Source: Escherichia coli 042 (GTDB lineage Bacteria > Pseudomonadota > Gammaproteobacteria > Enterobacterales > Enterobacteriaceae). Taken from it: DNA of 64,000 bases. Shown in pieces: positions 34,489 to 46,547 of this stretch. The stretch is taken from the NCBI RefSeq assembly GCF_000027125.1, contig NC_017626.1. One strand, 5' to 3'. Below the pieces are notes generated by a model. That model was not told the origin of the DNA. It did no database searches and saw only the letters and a list, made by a program, of their open reading frames with translations. The position numbers were made by a program, and so were the translations under genes. Every line of letters starts with the position of its first letter. Positions within the stretch are counted from its first letter, which is position 1.

Positions 34489-35463
34489 ATGAAGCCGTCC
34501 GTTATCCTCTACAAAGCCTTACCTGATGATTTACTGCAACGCCTGCAAGAGCATTTCACCGTTCACCAGGTGGCAAACCTCAGCCCACAAACCATCGAAC
34601 AAAATGCAGCAATTTTTGCCGAAGCTGAAGGTTTACTGGGTTCAAACGAGAATGTTGATGCCGCATTGCTGGGAAAAATGCCGAAACTGCGTGCCACATC
34701 AACGATCTCCGTCGGCTATGACAATTTTGATGTCGATGCGCTTACCGCCCGAAAAATTCTGCTGATGCACACGCCAACCGTATTAACAGAAACCGTCGCC
34801 GATACGCTGATGGCGCTGGTGTTGTCTACCGCTCGTCGGGTTGTGGAGGTAGCAGAACGGGTAAAAGCAGGCGAATGGACCGCGAGCATAGGCCCGGACT
34901 GGTACGGCACTGACGTTCACCATAAAACACTGGGCATTGTCGGGATGGGACGGATCGGCATGGCGCTGGCACAACGTGCGCACTTTGGCTTCAATATGCC
35001 CATCCTCTATAACGCGCGCCGCCACCATAAAGAAGCAGAAGAACGCTTCAACGCCCGCTACTGCGATTTGGATACACTGTTACAAGAGTCAGATTTCGTT
35101 TGCCTGATCCTGCCGTTAACTGATGAGACGTATCATCTATTTGGCGCAGAACAATTCGGCAAAATGAAATCCTCCGCCATTTTCATTAATGCCGGACGTG
35201 GCCCGGTGGTTGATGAAAATGCACTGATTGCTGCATTGCAGAAAGGCGAAATTCACGCCGCCGGGCTGGATGTCTTCGAACAAGAGCCACTGTCTGTAGA
35301 TTCGCCGTTGCTCTCAATGGCCAACGTCGTCGCGGTACCGCATATTGGTTCAGCCACTCATGAGACGCGTTATGGCATGGCTGCCTGTGCCGTGGATAAC
35401 TTGATTGATGCGTTACAAGGAAAGGTTGAGAAGAACTGTGTAAATCCGCACGTCGCGGACTAA
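34489..35463 (+). CDS. ghrB: glyoxylate/hydroxypyruvate reductase B (GhrB/TkrA), 324 aa
   Basis: ORF track 34477..35463; start placed at ATG 34489 ([14 protein letters not shown]...); NAD-binding motif GIVGMGRIG. Confidence 0.9.
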   Translation: MKPSVILYKALPDDLLQRLQEHFTVHQVANLSPQTIEQNAAIFAEAEGLLGSNENVDAALLGKMPKLRATSTISVGYDNFDVDALTARKILLMHTPTVLTETVADTLMALVLSTARRVVEVAERVKAGEWTASIGPDWYGTDVHHKTLGIVGMGRIGMALAQRAHFGFNMPILYNARRHHKEAEERFNARYCDLDTLLQESDFVCLILPLTDETYHLFGAEQFGKMKSSAIFINAGRGPVVDENALIAALQKGEIHAAGLDVFEQEPLSVDSPLLSMANVVAVPHIGSATHETRYGMAACAVDNLIDALQGKVEKNCVNPHVAD

Positions 35464-35512
35464 GCCGCGACTGCGTGGAGTAAAGCCCGATAATCGCTCG
35501 GGCTTTTACTCT

Positions 35513-36223
35513 TTATTGGGTTGCAGTAACTGCTGTAGTCCAGGCCTGATTAAACGCCTGATGCTGTGCCGGTAATGGCGCAATCAGTTTGTTATATTCA
35601 CTTGCCTGCTGCGAAGTCGGGAACTGGATGCCATTTGCGACAAAGCTCACCTGAGTACCTTGCTGAGCAATGTAGTCTCCAACCATCACCAGTTGTTGCG
35701 TGAAAGTTTGTGCCGCCGGAATCAACGGTTGCAACGCATCAGCTGGCGTCGTTACCACTTTGGTGAATGCCTGATCGAAGACCGGTTTCAGGTCATCGCT
35801 CTGTTTTAGCGCAGAGTGCGCAGCATCGGCCTGCAACTTCGCATTTTGCAGCTGTTGCGCCAGTACACCCAGAGAACCGTTCATTTCACGCAGTGGGCCG
35901 CTTTGCGTAACGTAATCCTGCGGTACGCGAATTGCGTTAACGCTGTCTACAACCGGGCGCAGACCGGAATCCATCGCCTGATTCACCTGCTGTGAATAAC
36001 CATACAGAATCGCGTAATCAGAGACAAAAGGACCAAATTGTTTTTTCTGATCGGCAGTCAGGGTAGGTAGACGTTCACCGCTACGCATCACTGTATTCTG
36101 CAGGAAGTCGATAAACGCTTTACGCTGATCGCCTTCTTTATCAAAACACCCACTCAGGCTAACTACCATTAATAACGCCGCAAGAGGCGCAAACCAGCGA
36201 GAGCAGGACTTTCCTGTCGCCAT
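35513..36223 (-). CDS. yiaF: lipoprotein YiaF, 236 aa
   Basis: ORF track 35513..36343; start placed at ATG 36221-36223 (MATGKSCSRWFAPLAALLMVVSLSGC, lipobox). Confidence 0.8.
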   Translation of the reverse strand: MATGKSCSRWFAPLAALLMVVSLSGCFDKEGDQRKAFIDFLQNTVMRSGERLPTLTADQKKQFGPFVSDYAILYGYSQQVNQAMDSGLRPVVDSVNAIRVPQDYVTQSGPLREMNGSLGVLAQQLQNAKLQADAAHSALKQSDDLKPVFDQAFTKVVTTPADALQPLIPAAQTFTQQLVMVGDYIAQQGTQVSFVANGIQFPTSQQASEYNKLIAPLPAQHQAFNQAWTTAVTATQ

Positions 36224-36656
36224 TTTCTTACTCCTTTCACCCAAAAAAAGCGCACAACGACACACGCGTGTCTGACGTGACAAGGATAGTCCAGGACAAG
36301 CTTGCAGGATACCCTTTCTACGTAATCTTCCTGGTAAAATCATGGAGAAAATGAAACAAGGTTAATTTGTTGTTTCATTGTTAAAAAATGATAGTGCCGT
36401 TGCTTTTTTTGTTGCCAGAGATTAACGCCTTCTCAGAACGTTAGATTTTCGAAATCTTTACAAACCGGGAGTGGTAAGAGATATATCGGCATTTATCAGA
36501 TCGTTAGGTGGCTATAAGTCACGCTAAATGACTGGCTGAATCGAATCATAGCCAGAGCATGCCCTGACTACACCCCGCTGTGTCTGTTTTTCCCGACTAT
36601 TCTTAATGAGCTTCGATGCAATTCACGATCCCGCAGTGTGATTTGAGGAGTTTTCA

Positions 36657-36947
36657 ATGGAATATAAAGATCCAATGCATGAGCTGTTGAGCAGCCTGGA
36701 ACAGATTGTTTTTAAAGATGAAACGCAGAAAATTACCCTGACGCACAGAACAACGTCCTGTACCGAAATTGAGCAGTTACGAAAAGGGACAGGGTTAAAA
36801 ATCGATGATTTCGCCCGGGTTTTGGGCGTATCAGTCGCCATGGTAAAGGAATGGGAATCCAGACGCGTGAAGCCTTCAAGTGCCGAACTAAAATTGATGC
36901 GTTTGATTCAAGCCAACCCGGCATTAAGTAAGCAGTTGATGGAATAG
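36657..36947 (+). CDS. yiaG: XRE-family HTH transcriptional regulator YiaG, 96 aa
   Basis: ORF track. Confidence 0.85.
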   Translation: MEYKDPMHELLSSLEQIVFKDETQKITLTHRTTSCTEIEQLRKGTGLKIDDFARVLGVSVAMVKEWESRRVKPSSAELKLMRLIQANPALSKQLME

Positions 36948-37029
36948 ACTTTTATCCACTTTATTGCTGTTTACGGTCCTGATGACAGGACCGTTTTCCA
37001 ACCGATTAATCATAAATATGAAAAATAAT

Positions 37030-37227
37030 TGTTGCATCACCCGCCAATGCGTGGCTTAATGCACATCAACGGTTTGACGTACAGACCATTAAAGCAGTGT
37101 AGTAAGGCAAGTCCCTTCAAGAGTTATCGTTGATACCCCTCGTAGTGCACATTCCTTTAACGCTTCAAAATCTGTAAAGCACGCCATATCGCCGAAAGGC
37201 ACACTTAATTATTAAAGGTAATACACT
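37030..37227 (+). promoter_or_regulatory. cspA promoter (AT-rich UP element, -35 ttgcat, -10 cttaat) and long 5' UTR with cold-box region
   Basis: ttgcatcacccgccaatgcgtggcttaatgcacatcaacggtttgacgtacagacc... about 160 nt upstream of the cspA ATG, consistent with the known long cspA leader. Confidence 0.6.
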
Positions 37228-37440
37228 ATGTCCGGTAAAATGACTGGTATCGTAAAATGGTTCAACGCTGACAAAGGCTTCGGCTTCATCACTCCTGACG
37301 ATGGCTCTAAAGACGTGTTCGTACACTTCTCTGCTATCCAGAACGATGGTTACAAATCTCTGGACGAAGGTCAGAAAGTGTCCTTCACCATCGAAAGCGG
37401 CGCTAAAGGCCCGGCAGCTGGCAACGTAACCAGCCTGTAA
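37228..37440 (+). CDS. cspA: major cold-shock protein CspA, 70 aa
   Basis: ORF track; [23 protein letters not shown]... with RNP motifs. Confidence 0.97.
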
Positions 37441-37465
37441 TCTCTGCTTAAAAGCACAGAATCTA

Positions 37466-37497
37466 AGATCCCTGCCATTTGGCGGGGATTTTTTTAT
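37466..37497 (+). terminator. cspA rho-independent terminator
   Basis: ccctgccatttggcgggg hairpin followed by ttttttt. Confidence 0.6.
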
Positions 37498-37627
37498 TTG
37501 TTTTTCAGGAAATAAATAATCGATCGCGTAATAGAATCTAGTGTTATTTTTGTGAAGAATAAATTTGGGTGCAATGAGAATGCGCAACACCGTAAGAAAG
37601 GCGGGAATAATTTCCCGCCGAAGACGC

Positions 37628-37780
37628 TTACTCTTTCAATTTGCAGGCTAAAAACGCCGCCAGCTCATAACTCTCCTGTTTAATATGCAATTCACACAGT
37701 GAATCTCTTATCATCCAGGTGAAAAATAAAAGCGTGAAACAAATCACTATTAAAGAAAGTAATCTATATTTCTGCGGCAT
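37628..37780 (-). CDS. hokA: HokA type I toxin (Hok/Gef family), 50 aa, intact
   Basis: C-terminal 50 codons of ORF 37628..37840: MPQKYRLLSLIVICFTLLFFTWMIRDSLCELHIKQESYELAAFLACKLKE. Confidence 0.85.
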   Translation of the reverse strand: MPQKYRLLSLIVICFTLLFFTWMIRDSLCELHIKQESYELAAFLACKLKE

Positions 37781-37840
37781 TCCCAGCCCCCTGTGTTGAT
37801 TTCCAACGAGTAAGAGGCTAACCTTATGGTGTCTATGCAT
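37628..37840 (-). CDS. mokA: MokA, overlapping reading frame that translationally couples hokA, 70 aa
   Basis: ORF track 37628..37840, co-terminal with hokA as in hok/mok/sok loci. Confidence 0.6.
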   Translation of the reverse strand: MHRHHKVSLLLVGNQHRGLGMPQKYRLLSLIVICFTLLFFTWMIRDSLCELHIKQESYELAAFLACKLKE

Positions 37841-37886
37841 AGAGGGGCCTCACTTTGATTTATAGTCAGGTGGGGCTTTTCTCTGT
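37822..37886 (+). ncRNA. sokA: putative SokA antisense RNA (antitoxin); coordinates approximate
   Basis: Plus-strand region antisense to the mokA start/leader, ending at hairpin gcctcac...gtggggc followed by ttttctct. Confidence 0.3.
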
Positions 37887-38060
37887 CTGCCTTTCGGTGA
37901 ATACCTGAGACAAACAGTCTCAAGCACCCGCAGCTATTCTAGCTTAATAAGTTCGTTTCTTCTCCTTGATATAATCCTAAAAAAATCTCATAAAATTAAT
38001 ATATGAGACAATCTTTATTCAGCAGAAGATTATTAAAGGTTGCTCTATTATTTAGCGATA

Positions 38061-38090
38061 AAAAAGCCTGCCAGATGGCAGGCTTTTTAA
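38061..38090 (-). terminator. glyQS rho-independent terminator
   Basis: gcctgccatctggcaggc hairpin followed by a T-run, directly downstream of the glyS stop. Confidence 0.6.
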
Positions 38091-38101
38091 TAATGGCGTT
38101 A

Positions 38102-40171
38102 TTACTGTAACAGCGAAATATCCGCAACGCGCAGGAACAGTTCGCGCAGTTTCTCCAGCATGGTCAAACGGTTGATACGCAATTCTTTGTCATCAACCAT
38201 GACCATCACTTTATCGAAGAAGGCATCAACCGGTTCACGCAGCTCTGCCAGTTCGACCAGCGCATCCTGGTAACGACCTTCCGCAAAGTACGGCTCCAGC
38301 TTGTCACGTAGCACCACAACCTGCATCGCCAGTTTAATTTCTTCCGGCTCTTTCAGAGTAGAGGCATTCACGCGGTCGCTCAGCACTTCGTCAGATTTCG
38401 CCAGAATGTTAGATACACGCTTGTTCGCCGCCGCCAGTGCTGCAGCTGCATCCAGGGTACGGAAGTGCGATACCGCTTTCATTCGGGCATCGAAATCAGC
38501 CGGACGAGTCGGACGACGCGCCAGTACCGCCTGGATGGTGTCAACAGTGTAACCTTCGTCCTGATACCAGGCGCGGAAGCGACCGAGCATAAAGTCGATA
38601 ACATCATCAACCACGTTGGCATTTGTCAGCTTATCGCCATACAAACGCACCGCTTCTTCGGTCAGGGTTTGCAGGTCAAGATTGAGGTTCTTCTCAACGA
38701 TAATACGCAGCACGCCAAGTGCGGCACGACGCAGCGCAAACGGGTCTTTGTCGCCTTTCGGATGCTGACCGATACCGAAGATACCCGCCAGAGTATCCAT
38801 CTTGTCAGCAATCGCCAGCGCACAGGCTACCGGGTTAGACGGCAGGTCATCACCGGCAAAGCGCGGCTGATACTGCTCGTTCAGCGCCACTGCAACATCT
38901 TCCGCTTCGCCATCGTGACGCGCGTAGTGCATCCCCATAACGCCCTGGGTGTCGGTGAACTCGAAGACCATGTTGGTCATCAGGTCGCACTTGGACAGCA
39001 GGCCCGCACGGGTTGCGTGGTTAACGTCAGCGCCAATCTGTTCAGCAATCCAGCCAGCCAGCGCCTGGATGCGGTCAGTTTTGTCACGCAGTGTGCCAAG
39101 CTGTTGCTGGAACAGCACGGTTTGCAGACGCGGCAGATTATCTTCCAGACGTTTTTTACGGTCGGTGTTGAAGAAGAACTCGGCATCCGCCAGACGTGGA
39201 CGAACGACTTTCTCGTTACCAGAGATAATTTGCTGCGGATCTTTCGATTCGATGTTGGCAACGAAGATAAAGTTCGGCAGCAGTTTGCCGTCGTTCGCAT
39301 ACACCGGGAAGTACTTCTGGTCACCTTTCATGGTGTAAACCAGCGCTTCAGACGGCACCGCGAGGAATTTCTCTTCGAATTTTGCGGTCAGCACAACCGG
39401 CCATTCCACCAGCGAAGCGACTTCTTCCAACAGGCTTTCGCTTAAGTCAGCGTTACCGCCAATCTTACGCGCCGCTTCTTCGGCATCGGCTTTAATCTTC
39501 GCCTTACGTTCTTCGTAATCGGCGATGACTTTCCCGCGCTCACGCAGAATTTCCGGGTATTGATCGGCATTGTCGATAGTGAATTCCGGCTCGCCCATAA
39601 AGCGGTGGCCGCGAATCACGCGATCGGACTGAATGCCCAGAATGGTAGCCGGAATAACTTTGTCGCCCAGCAGCAGGGTCACGGTGTGCACCGGACGCAC
39701 GAAGTGCACGTCGCTTGCACCCCAGCGCATCAGTTTCGGGATCGGCAGTTTCGCCAGCGAAGTCGCAACCATATTCGGCAGCAGTGCTTCGGTGCTTTCG
39801 CCCTTCACGTGGGCGCGATACAGCAGCCATTCACCTTTATCGGTAGTCAGACGCTCAGCCTGGTCAACGGTAATACCGCAACCACGCGCCCAGCCTTCTG
39901 CCGCTTTGCTCGGTTTGCCTTCAGCGTCGAACGCCTGGGCAATCGCCGGGCCGCGTTTTTCGATTTCACGATCCGGTTGCGCTTCCGCCAGGTTAGCTAC
40001 TTTCAGCGCCAGACGACGCGGAGCAGCAAACCATTGAACGGTGCCGTGTGCGAGGCCAGCGTTATCCAGCTCCGCAGTAAAGTTCGCAGCAAAGGACTCA
40101 GCCAGGCTGCGCAGTGCTTTTGGTGGCAGCTCTTCAGTGCCGATTTCCACCAGAAAAGTTTTCTCAGACAT
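38102..40171 (-). CDS. glyS: glycine-tRNA ligase beta subunit, 689 aa
   Basis: ORF track. Confidence 0.97.
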   Translation of the reverse strand: MSEKTFLVEIGTEELPPKALRSLAESFAANFTAELDNAGLAHGTVQWFAAPRRLALKVANLAEAQPDREIEKRGPAIAQAFDAEGKPSKAAEGWARGCGITVDQAERLTTDKGEWLLYRAHVKGESTEALLPNMVATSLAKLPIPKLMRWGASDVHFVRPVHTVTLLLGDKVIPATILGIQSDRVIRGHRFMGEPEFTIDNADQYPEILRERGKVIADYEERKAKIKADAEEAARKIGGNADLSESLLEEVASLVEWPVVLTAKFEEKFLAVPSEALVYTMKGDQKYFPVYANDGKLLPNFIFVANIESKDPQQIISGNEKVVRPRLADAEFFFNTDRKKRLEDNLPRLQTVLFQQQLGTLRDKTDRIQALAGWIAEQIGADVNHATRAGLLSKCDLMTNMVFEFTDTQGVMGMHYARHDGEAEDVAVALNEQYQPRFAGDDLPSNPVACALAIADKMDTLAGIFGIGQHPKGDKDPFALRRAALGVLRIIVEKNLNLDLQTLTEEAVRLYGDKLTNANVVDDVIDFMLGRFRAWYQDEGYTVDTIQAVLARRPTRPADFDARMKAVSHFRTLDAAAALAAANKRVSNILAKSDEVLSDRVNASTLKEPEEIKLAMQVVVLRDKLEPYFAEGRYQDALVELAELREPVDAFFDKVMVMVDDKELRINRLTMLEKLRELFLRVADISLLQ

Positions 40172-40180
40172 AGCCGCCTC

Positions 40181-41092
40181 TTACTTATCTTTGTTGCACA
40201 TCGGGAAGCCGAGGGCTTCACGGGAAGCGTAGTATGCTTCTGCCACTGCTTTGGTCAGGGTGCGAATGCGCAGAATATAGCGCTGACGCTCGGTGACGGA
40301 GATGGCTTTACGCGCATCCAGCAGGTTGAAGCTGTGGGCGGCTTTCAGAATACGTTCGTAGGCTGGCAACGGCAGCGGATTTTCCAGCGCCAGCAGCTGC
40401 TGCGCTTCTTTCTCGTACTGCTCAAAGCAGGTGAACAGGAAGTCCACATCCGCGTATTCGAAGTTGTAAGTGGACTGCTCCACTTCGTTCTGATGGAACA
40501 CGTCGCCGTAGGTGGTTTTACCCAGCGGGCCGTCGCTCCAGACCAGGTCGTAAACGCTGTCTACGCCCTGAATGTACATTGCCAGACGTTCCAGACCGTA
40601 GGTGATCTCGCCGGTAACCGGTTTACACTCCAGACCACCAACCTGCTGGAAGTAAGTGAACTGCGTCACTTCCATGCCGTTCAGCCACACTTCCCAGCCC
40701 AGCCCCCAGGCACCCAGCGTCGGGTTTTCCCAGTTATCTTCCACGAAACGGATGTCGTGGATGGTCGGGTCCATGCCCAGCTCTTTCAGAGAACCAAGGT
40801 ACAGCTCCTGAATATTGTCCGGCGATGGCTTAATGACCACCTGGAACTGATAGTAGTGCTGTAAACGGTTGGGGTTTTCGCCGTAGCGACCATCGGTCGG
40901 GCGACGAGAAGGCTGGACATAAGCAGCCGCCATCGGTTCTGGCCCCAGCGCGCGCAGACAGGTCATTGGGTGAGAGGTTCCCGCGCCGACTTCCATGTCC
41001 AATGGTTGAACAATGGTGCAGCCCTGGCGAGCCCAGTAATCCTGTAAGGTCAGGATCAAGCCCTGGAAGGTCCTGGTATCAAACTTTTGCAT
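40181..41092 (-). CDS. glyQ: glycine-tRNA ligase alpha subunit, 303 aa
   Basis: ORF track. Confidence 0.97.
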
Positions 41093-41186
41093 ATTATTTC
41101 GTGCTGGATACGTGTGGATTTAAAGGAAGGGATCAGTATACCCGCTGGATGGAAGATATACAGTACGAAACGGGAAAAAGCAGGGC

Positions 41187-41495
41187 TTAACGCATGGAAA
41201 GATGCAAAAAATGGCCATCTGCGTCAAAAGAACAGACAAACTGCTCTTTACGGAAGGTATAACCGCGCATTTCGTAGCTCCCCTGGAACTGTTCAAATGC
41301 GGTGACGTCGATTTTTTGCGCACCTGTATTATAGCGTTTTGCCGCCTGATCTTTGCATAGCCCTTCCATATTCAACGAACGCAGAGGATCAACCTTTACC
41401 CGTTGTGCTTTCTGCACGGGTGGCGGTGTAGAACAACCCACTAGCGCCATAAGCACCATAAGCGCCATTGCCGGAAAGAAAGAGTTCATCATCAT
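41187..41495 (-). CDS. ysaB: lipoprotein YsaB, ~99-102 aa
   Basis: ORF track 41187..41495; signal/lipobox ...MALVGC; three consecutive ATGs make the start ambiguous. Confidence 0.75.
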   Translation of the reverse strand: MMMNSFFPAMALMVLMALVGCSTPPPVQKAQRVKVDPLRSLNMEGLCKDQAAKRYNTGAQKIDVTAFEQFQGSYEMRGYTFRKEQFVCSFDADGHFLHLSMR

Positions 41496-41669
41496 TAAAT
41501 TACCGTCTGGTTTGCAGGTGAGTCTTATTATTTATATCGGTATAGTGGCTGATATCTTACGAATTTCCTTAAGCCTCTATAAGCTGTAGTGATAAAACTC
41601 AGATTATTCCAGTGCGCCAACCGAATGATTTATCGGTCAGACTTTTTTTAACCAGATACAGAGACACAG

Positions 41670-42665
41670 ATGCAGCCCAAAATTTACTGGATTGATAACC
41701 TGCGAGGGATAGCGTGTTTAATGGTGGTGATGATTCACACCACTACCTGGTATGTGACCAATGCTCATAGTGTTAGCCCCGTCACATGGGATATCGCCAA
41801 TGTTCTGAATTCTGCCTCTCGTGTCAGCGTGCCGCTATTTTTCATGATTTCCGGCTATCTCTTTTTTGGCGAACGCAGCGCCCAGCCGCGCCATTTCTTG
41901 CGTATCGGCTTATGTCTGCTTTTTTATAGCGCAATCGCACTGCTCTACATTGCGCTGTTTACCTCCATCAATATGGAGTTAGCGCTGAAAAACCTGCTGC
42001 AAAAGCCAGTGTTTTACCACTTGTGGTTTTTCTTCGCGATTGCGGTGATTTATCTGGTTTCACCGCTGATTCAGGTGAAGAACGTCGGCGGAAAAATGTT
42101 GCTGGTGCTAATGGTGGTGATTGGCATTATCGCTAACCCAAACACAGTGCCGCAGAAAATTGACGGTTTTGAATGGCTGCCAATTAACTTATATATCAAT
42201 GGCGATACTTTTTACTACATCCTGTATGGCATGTTGGGCCGCGCTATAGGGATGATGGACACACAGCATAAAGCACTGTCGTGGGTGTGCGCCGCACTGT
42301 TTGCGACGGGGGTTTTTATTATCTCTCGCGGGACATTATATGAATTGCAGTGGCGCGGAAATTTTGCCGATACCTGGTATCTTTACTGTGGGCCGATGGT
42401 TTTTATCTGCGCAACCACGCTATTGACTCTGGTTAAAAACACGCTTGATACGCGTACTGTTCGCGGACTTGGCTTAATCTCCCGCCATTCGTTGGGTATA
42501 TACGGATTCCACGCCTTGATTATCCATGCACTGCGCACCCGGGGGATTGAGCTTAAAAACTGGCCAATACTCGATATTATTTGGATCTTTTGCGCGACGT
42601 TGGCAGCGAGTTTGTTACTTTCTATGCTGGTACAACGAATCGACAGAAACAGACTAGTGAGTTAA
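41670..42665 (+). CDS. wecH: membrane O-acetyltransferase WecH (YiaH), 331 aa
   Basis: ORF track; acyltransferase-3 family polytopic membrane protein. Confidence 0.85.
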   Translation: MQPKIYWIDNLRGIACLMVVMIHTTTWYVTNAHSVSPVTWDIANVLNSASRVSVPLFFMISGYLFFGERSAQPRHFLRIGLCLLFYSAIALLYIALFTSINMELALKNLLQKPVFYHLWFFFAIAVIYLVSPLIQVKNVGGKMLLVLMVVIGIIANPNTVPQKIDGFEWLPINLYINGDTFYYILYGMLGRAIGMMDTQHKALSWVCAALFATGVFIISRGTLYELQWRGNFADTWYLYCGPMVFICATTLLTLVKNTLDTRTVRGLGLISRHSLGIYGFHALIIHALRTRGIELKNWPILDIIWIFCATLAASLLLSMLVQRIDRNRLVS

Positions 42666-42706
42666 ATAAAAGCCCGGTCACATTGGACTGACCGGGCTTA
42701 TGTGAA

Positions 42707-43147
42707 TTATTCGCTGTATTCTTCCTGGGTAATCAGTGTTTCTTTTGGTGGGTTTATTCCGGCATCACGAATATTCTTCTGCACCGCTACTGCACCAAAC
42801 AAGCTTAAGAAGAAAGCCAGTCCATAAAAACCTTTCTCGCTGAGTAATAACGTCGCATTCCACAGACCTACCATCAGTAACGCAACAGAGATAATAAAGA
42901 CAGTCAGGCAGGTCATATAATAAATGGAGGTGGTCGGTATGCCTTCATACTTGTCCCGAACGGTCTTTTGATAAGACGCCGCAGAAAACAGTCCTAATAC
43001 CAGTACGGCAAAATAATATCCTTTTTCATTTAACTGCATCTCTGCATTCCATAGCCCTAACAGATAGGTAACGATACCACCAACGAGAGCTATCCATGAC
43101 ACAATACTGAATGCCGGAGAATAGGTTGATATTTTGTTGTCCATCAC
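42707..43147 (-). CDS. yiaA: inner-membrane protein YiaA, ~145 aa
   Basis: ORF track; internally duplicated YiaAB two-helix module; start may be at the second ATG. Confidence 0.8.
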   Translation of the reverse strand: MMDNKISTYSPAFSIVSWIALVGGIVTYLLGLWNAEMQLNEKGYYFAVLVLGLFSAASYQKTVRDKYEGIPTTSIYYMTCLTVFIISVALLMVGLWNATLLLSEKGFYGLAFFLSLFGAVAVQKNIRDAGINPPKETLITQEEYSE

Positions 43148-43189
43148 AGTATTCCTTTCATTCCTGAATGTGTAAGAGCTTTATGTTGC

Positions 43190-43531
43190 TCATGCCGGGC
43201 GAAACAAACGCATTTGACCAAACAAGCAGACAAAAAAGGCGATAGGGTAGATCACCATTTCATAAGCATTGATAGGTGCGTTTAAAACACCGATAAACAA
43301 GAGACCGATAGTGATTAACGCAACTAACTGGCAGATGTGGGTAAAAAAATCATCCAGTTGCCCGAGTTTTTCTGCGCGAAGATATGCATAGTTGCCAAAA
43401 GTTGCCGTCATTAACACGCCAAGAAAATAGCCTTTTCCACTTAACAATGGGCATGAGATCCATAGCCCAAGCAGATAAACCAGCGCCCCGACAACAAATA
43501 ATATTTTTGCCACAGTCTTTGAGGTTTTCAT
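43190..43531 (-). CDS. yiaB: inner-membrane protein YiaB, 113 aa
   Basis: ORF track 43190..43573; start placed at ATG 43529-43531 (MKTSKTVAKILFVVG...). Confidence 0.8.
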   Translation of the reverse strand: MKTSKTVAKILFVVGALVYLLGLWISCPLLSGKGYFLGVLMTATFGNYAYLRAEKLGQLDDFFTHICQLVALITIGLLFIGVLNAPINAYEMVIYPIAFFVCLFGQMRLFRPA

Positions 43532-43698
43532 AACGATCTCCATATCTACCAGCGATACATTACGAGTAACCAACGAAAGACAAAACTGAAAAATGCCATT
43601 AACAAATGATTTCAGAATAAATTCATACTAAATATTAATTAATTACTGATATATATAGATGTGAATTATCCCCCACCCGGTCAGGCAGGGGATAACGT

Positions 43699-45153
43699 TT
43701 ACGCCATTAATGGCAGAAGTTGCTGATAGAGGCGACGGAACGTTTCACGTCGTGGCTGATAAGCGGCATAACGCTGCGCATCTGGTAGATGCGACTGTTC
43801 TAACGGCAGTTGCGGCAACAACTCAATGAGCGATTTCTCTGGATTCGCCGCAATCTGCGCCAGCCTTGCTGCGCCCAGAGCTGGCCCCACATCCCCCCCC
43901 GTGCGGTAATCGAGTTGCTGACCGCTGATATCCGCCAGCATCTGACGCCAGTACTCACTACGCGCCCCGCCACCAATCAACGTAACACTTTGCGGTTTAA
44001 TGCCGCAGCCATGCACGACATCCATGCCATCTGCCAGCGCATAACCCACACCTTCCAGCACTGCTCGCGCCAATTCATTGGGGCCATGTTGATGAGTCAA
44101 ACCAAAGAACCCCCCCTTCGCCTGGGGATTATTGTGTGGTGTACGCTCGCCGGAAAGATAAGGCAGAAACCAAACTGGCTCGGCACTTTCATCAGCCTGT
44201 TGAGCAGCCGCGATTAAAGCTGGGACATTGTTCAGGCCCGTTAATTTCGCAGCCCAATCCAGACACGACGCTGCACTCAGCATCACAGACATTAAATGCC
44301 AACGCTGCGGTAGCGCATGGCAAAAGCTGTGTACGGCGCTTTCTGGCTTGCTTAAGAACCCTTCGCTGACAGCAAAATAGACTCCCGACGTCCCCAGCGA
44401 TAACATTGCCTGATTAGCATCAACCATTCCTACACCAACCGCACCAGCTGCATTATCACCACCGCCTGCGACAACTGGCACCGCCGCCATACCCCACGCT
44501 TTCGCAACTTCAGGTAGCAAAGCACCAGTAATTTCGCTGCCTTCGTATAATGCGGGCATCTGGTCACGAGATAAGTGGCAAGCCTGCAGCATGTCGTCAC
44601 TCCAGTCACGCTTTGCGACATCCAGCCACATGGTGCCAGCTGCGTCAGACATATCGCTGGCAAACTCCCCCGTCATACGCAGACGCAAGTAATCTTTCGG
44701 TAACAATACTTTGTCGATTTGACGGAATATCTCCGGCTCATGCCGCTGCACCCATAGCAATTTAGGCGCAGTAAATCCGGGCATCATCAGGTTACCGGTA
44801 ATCACCCGCGATTGCGGAACTCGCGCTTCCAGCAAAGCGCACTCTTGCGCACAGCGCCCGTCGTTCCACAAAATGGCAGGGCGTAATAACCGTTGCTGGG
44901 CATCCAGTAAGGTTGCACCGTGCATCTGGCCGGCAATACCCAATGCTTTAACGTCCTGCAGAGAATGCTGATCGCCCAGGGCTTTCATTGCGCGATCAGT
45001 TGCCTGCCACCACTGTTCCGGGTCTTGTTCCGACCAGAGTGGATGCGGGCGCGAAACGGTCAGCTTTTCCGTTTGCGAAGCAACCACCTCACCCTGCTCG
45101 TTGAGCAAAATAACTTTTACGCCCGAGGTGCCAAGATCTATCCCGATATACAT
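43699..45153 (-). CDS. xylB: xylulokinase XylB, 484 aa
   Basis: ORF track; FGGY kinase N-terminus MYIGIDLGTSGVK. Confidence 0.95.
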   Translation of the reverse strand: MYIGIDLGTSGVKVILLNEQGEVVASQTEKLTVSRPHPLWSEQDPEQWWQATDRAMKALGDQHSLQDVKALGIAGQMHGATLLDAQQRLLRPAILWNDGRCAQECALLEARVPQSRVITGNLMMPGFTAPKLLWVQRHEPEIFRQIDKVLLPKDYLRLRMTGEFASDMSDAAGTMWLDVAKRDWSDDMLQACHLSRDQMPALYEGSEITGALLPEVAKAWGMAAVPVVAGGGDNAAGAVGVGMVDANQAMLSLGTSGVYFAVSEGFLSKPESAVHSFCHALPQRWHLMSVMLSAASCLDWAAKLTGLNNVPALIAAAQQADESAEPVWFLPYLSGERTPHNNPQAKGGFFGLTHQHGPNELARAVLEGVGYALADGMDVVHGCGIKPQSVTLIGGGARSEYWRQMLADISGQQLDYRTGGDVGPALGAARLAQIAANPEKSLIELLPQLPLEQSHLPDAQRYAAYQPRRETFRRLYQQLLPLMA

Positions 45154-45224
45154 ATCGATCGTTCCTTAAAAAAATGCCCGGTATCGCTACCGATAACCGG
45201 GCCAACGGACTGCACAGTTAGCCG

Positions 45225-46547
45225 TTATTTGTCGAACAGATAATGATTTACCAGATTTTCCAGTTGCTCCTGGCGACCACTCTGATGCACCGGAGACAAA
45301 TTGTGTTCCTGAGCATATTTGGCTAAATCTGCCAGTGACATTTGGCCTTTCAGGATTTGCTGGCCTAATTCGCTATTCCAGCCGGAATAACGCTGCGCGA
45401 TGCGTTTATCCAGCTCGCCATCTTCAATCATGCGTGCTGCAATTTTCAGCGCCAACGCCATCGTATCCATCGCGCCGATATGACCGTAAAACAGATCATA
45501 TTTATCAGTACTTTGACGACGTACTTTGGCATCGAAGTTCAGACCGCCGGTGGTGAAACCGCCTGCTTTGAGAATTTCATACATCACCAACGCATTCTCT
45601 TCCACACTGTTCGGGAACTGGTCGGTGTCCCAGCCCAGTTGTGCATCGCCACGGTTAGCGTCGACAGAACCGAACAGGCCAAGCGCAATGGCGGTGGCTA
45701 TTTCATGATGGAAAGAGTGACCTGCCAGCGTCGCGTGGTTAGCTTCAATGTTCAGTTTAATCTCTTTTTCCAGACCAAACTGTTTCAGGAAGCCATACAC
45801 CGTCGCAGCATCGTAATCATATTGATGTTTAGTCGGTTCTTGCGGTTTCGGTTCGATAAGCAACGTACCCTGGAAGCCGATTTTATGTTTATGCTCAACC
45901 ACCATTTGCATAAAGCGGCCCAGCTGTTCACGCTCCTGACGCAAGTCGGTATTTAACAACGTTTCGTAACCTTCACGACCGCCCCACAGGACATAGTTTT
46001 CACCGCCCAATTTATGGGTTGCTTCCATCGCTGTAACAACTTGCGTTGCCGCCCAGCTGAAGACTTCTGGATCTGGGTTCGTCGCCGCACCCGCGCCGTA
46101 GCGAGGGTTTGTAAAGCAGTTAGCGGTTCCCCACAGCAGCTTCACGCCGCTCTCTTCTTGCTTGCCTGCCAGGACATCAACCATTTGCGCAAAATTATTG
46201 ATGTACTCTTTTAACGACGCGCCCTCAGGGGAAACATCCACATCGTGGAAGCAATAAAATGGCACATGTAACTTGTGGAAAAACTCAAATGCGACATCTG
46301 CTTTACGCTTCGCCAACGCCAGTGCCTCACCAGGCTGCTGCCACGGACGATTAAACGCCCCCACACCAAACATGTCCGCCCCGTTCCAGCAGAAGGTGTG
46401 CCAGTAGCAGGCGGCAAAACGCAAGTGCTCTTCCATACGCTTGCCCAACACCAGTTCGTCGGGATTATAGTGATGGAATGCTAACGGGTTAGAGGATTTT
46501 GAGCCTTCATAACGAACGCGATCGAGCTGGTCAAAATAGGCTTGCAT
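45225..46547 (-). CDS. xylA: xylose isomerase XylA, 440 aa
   Basis: ORF track 45225..46559; start placed at ATG 46545-46547 ([16 protein letters not shown]...). Confidence 0.95.
   Translation of the reverse strand: MQAYFDQLDRVRYEGSKSSNPLAFHHYNPDELVLGKRMEEHLRFAACYWHTFCWNGADMFGVGAFNRPWQQPGEALALAKRKADVAFEFFHKLHVPFYCFHDVDVSPEGASLKEYINNFAQMVDVLAGKQEESGVKLLWGTANCFTNPRYGAGAATNPDPEVFSWAATQVVTAMEATHKLGGENYVLWGGREGYETLLNTDLRQEREQLGRFMQMVVEHKHKIGFQGTLLIEPKPQEPTKHQYDYDAATVYGFLKQFGLEKEIKLNIEANHATLAGHSFHHEIATAIALGLFGSVDANRGDAQLGWDTDQFPNSVEENALVMYEILKAGGFTTGGLNFDAKVRRQSTDKYDLFYGHIGAMDTMALALKIAARMIEDGELDKRIAQRYSGWNSELGQQILKGQMSLADLAKYAQEHNLSPVHQSGRQEQLENLVNHYLFDK

Noticed and set aside
37841-38101. Possible IS element or foreign insertion between hokA and glyS
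   Set aside because: The interval is only ~260 bp, has no transposase ORF or terminal inverted repeats, and consists of leader and terminator sequence.
38465-40864. 326-aa and 434-aa plus-strand ORFs opposite glyS and glyQ
   Set aside because: Antisense shadow ORFs opposite essential, well-conserved genes.
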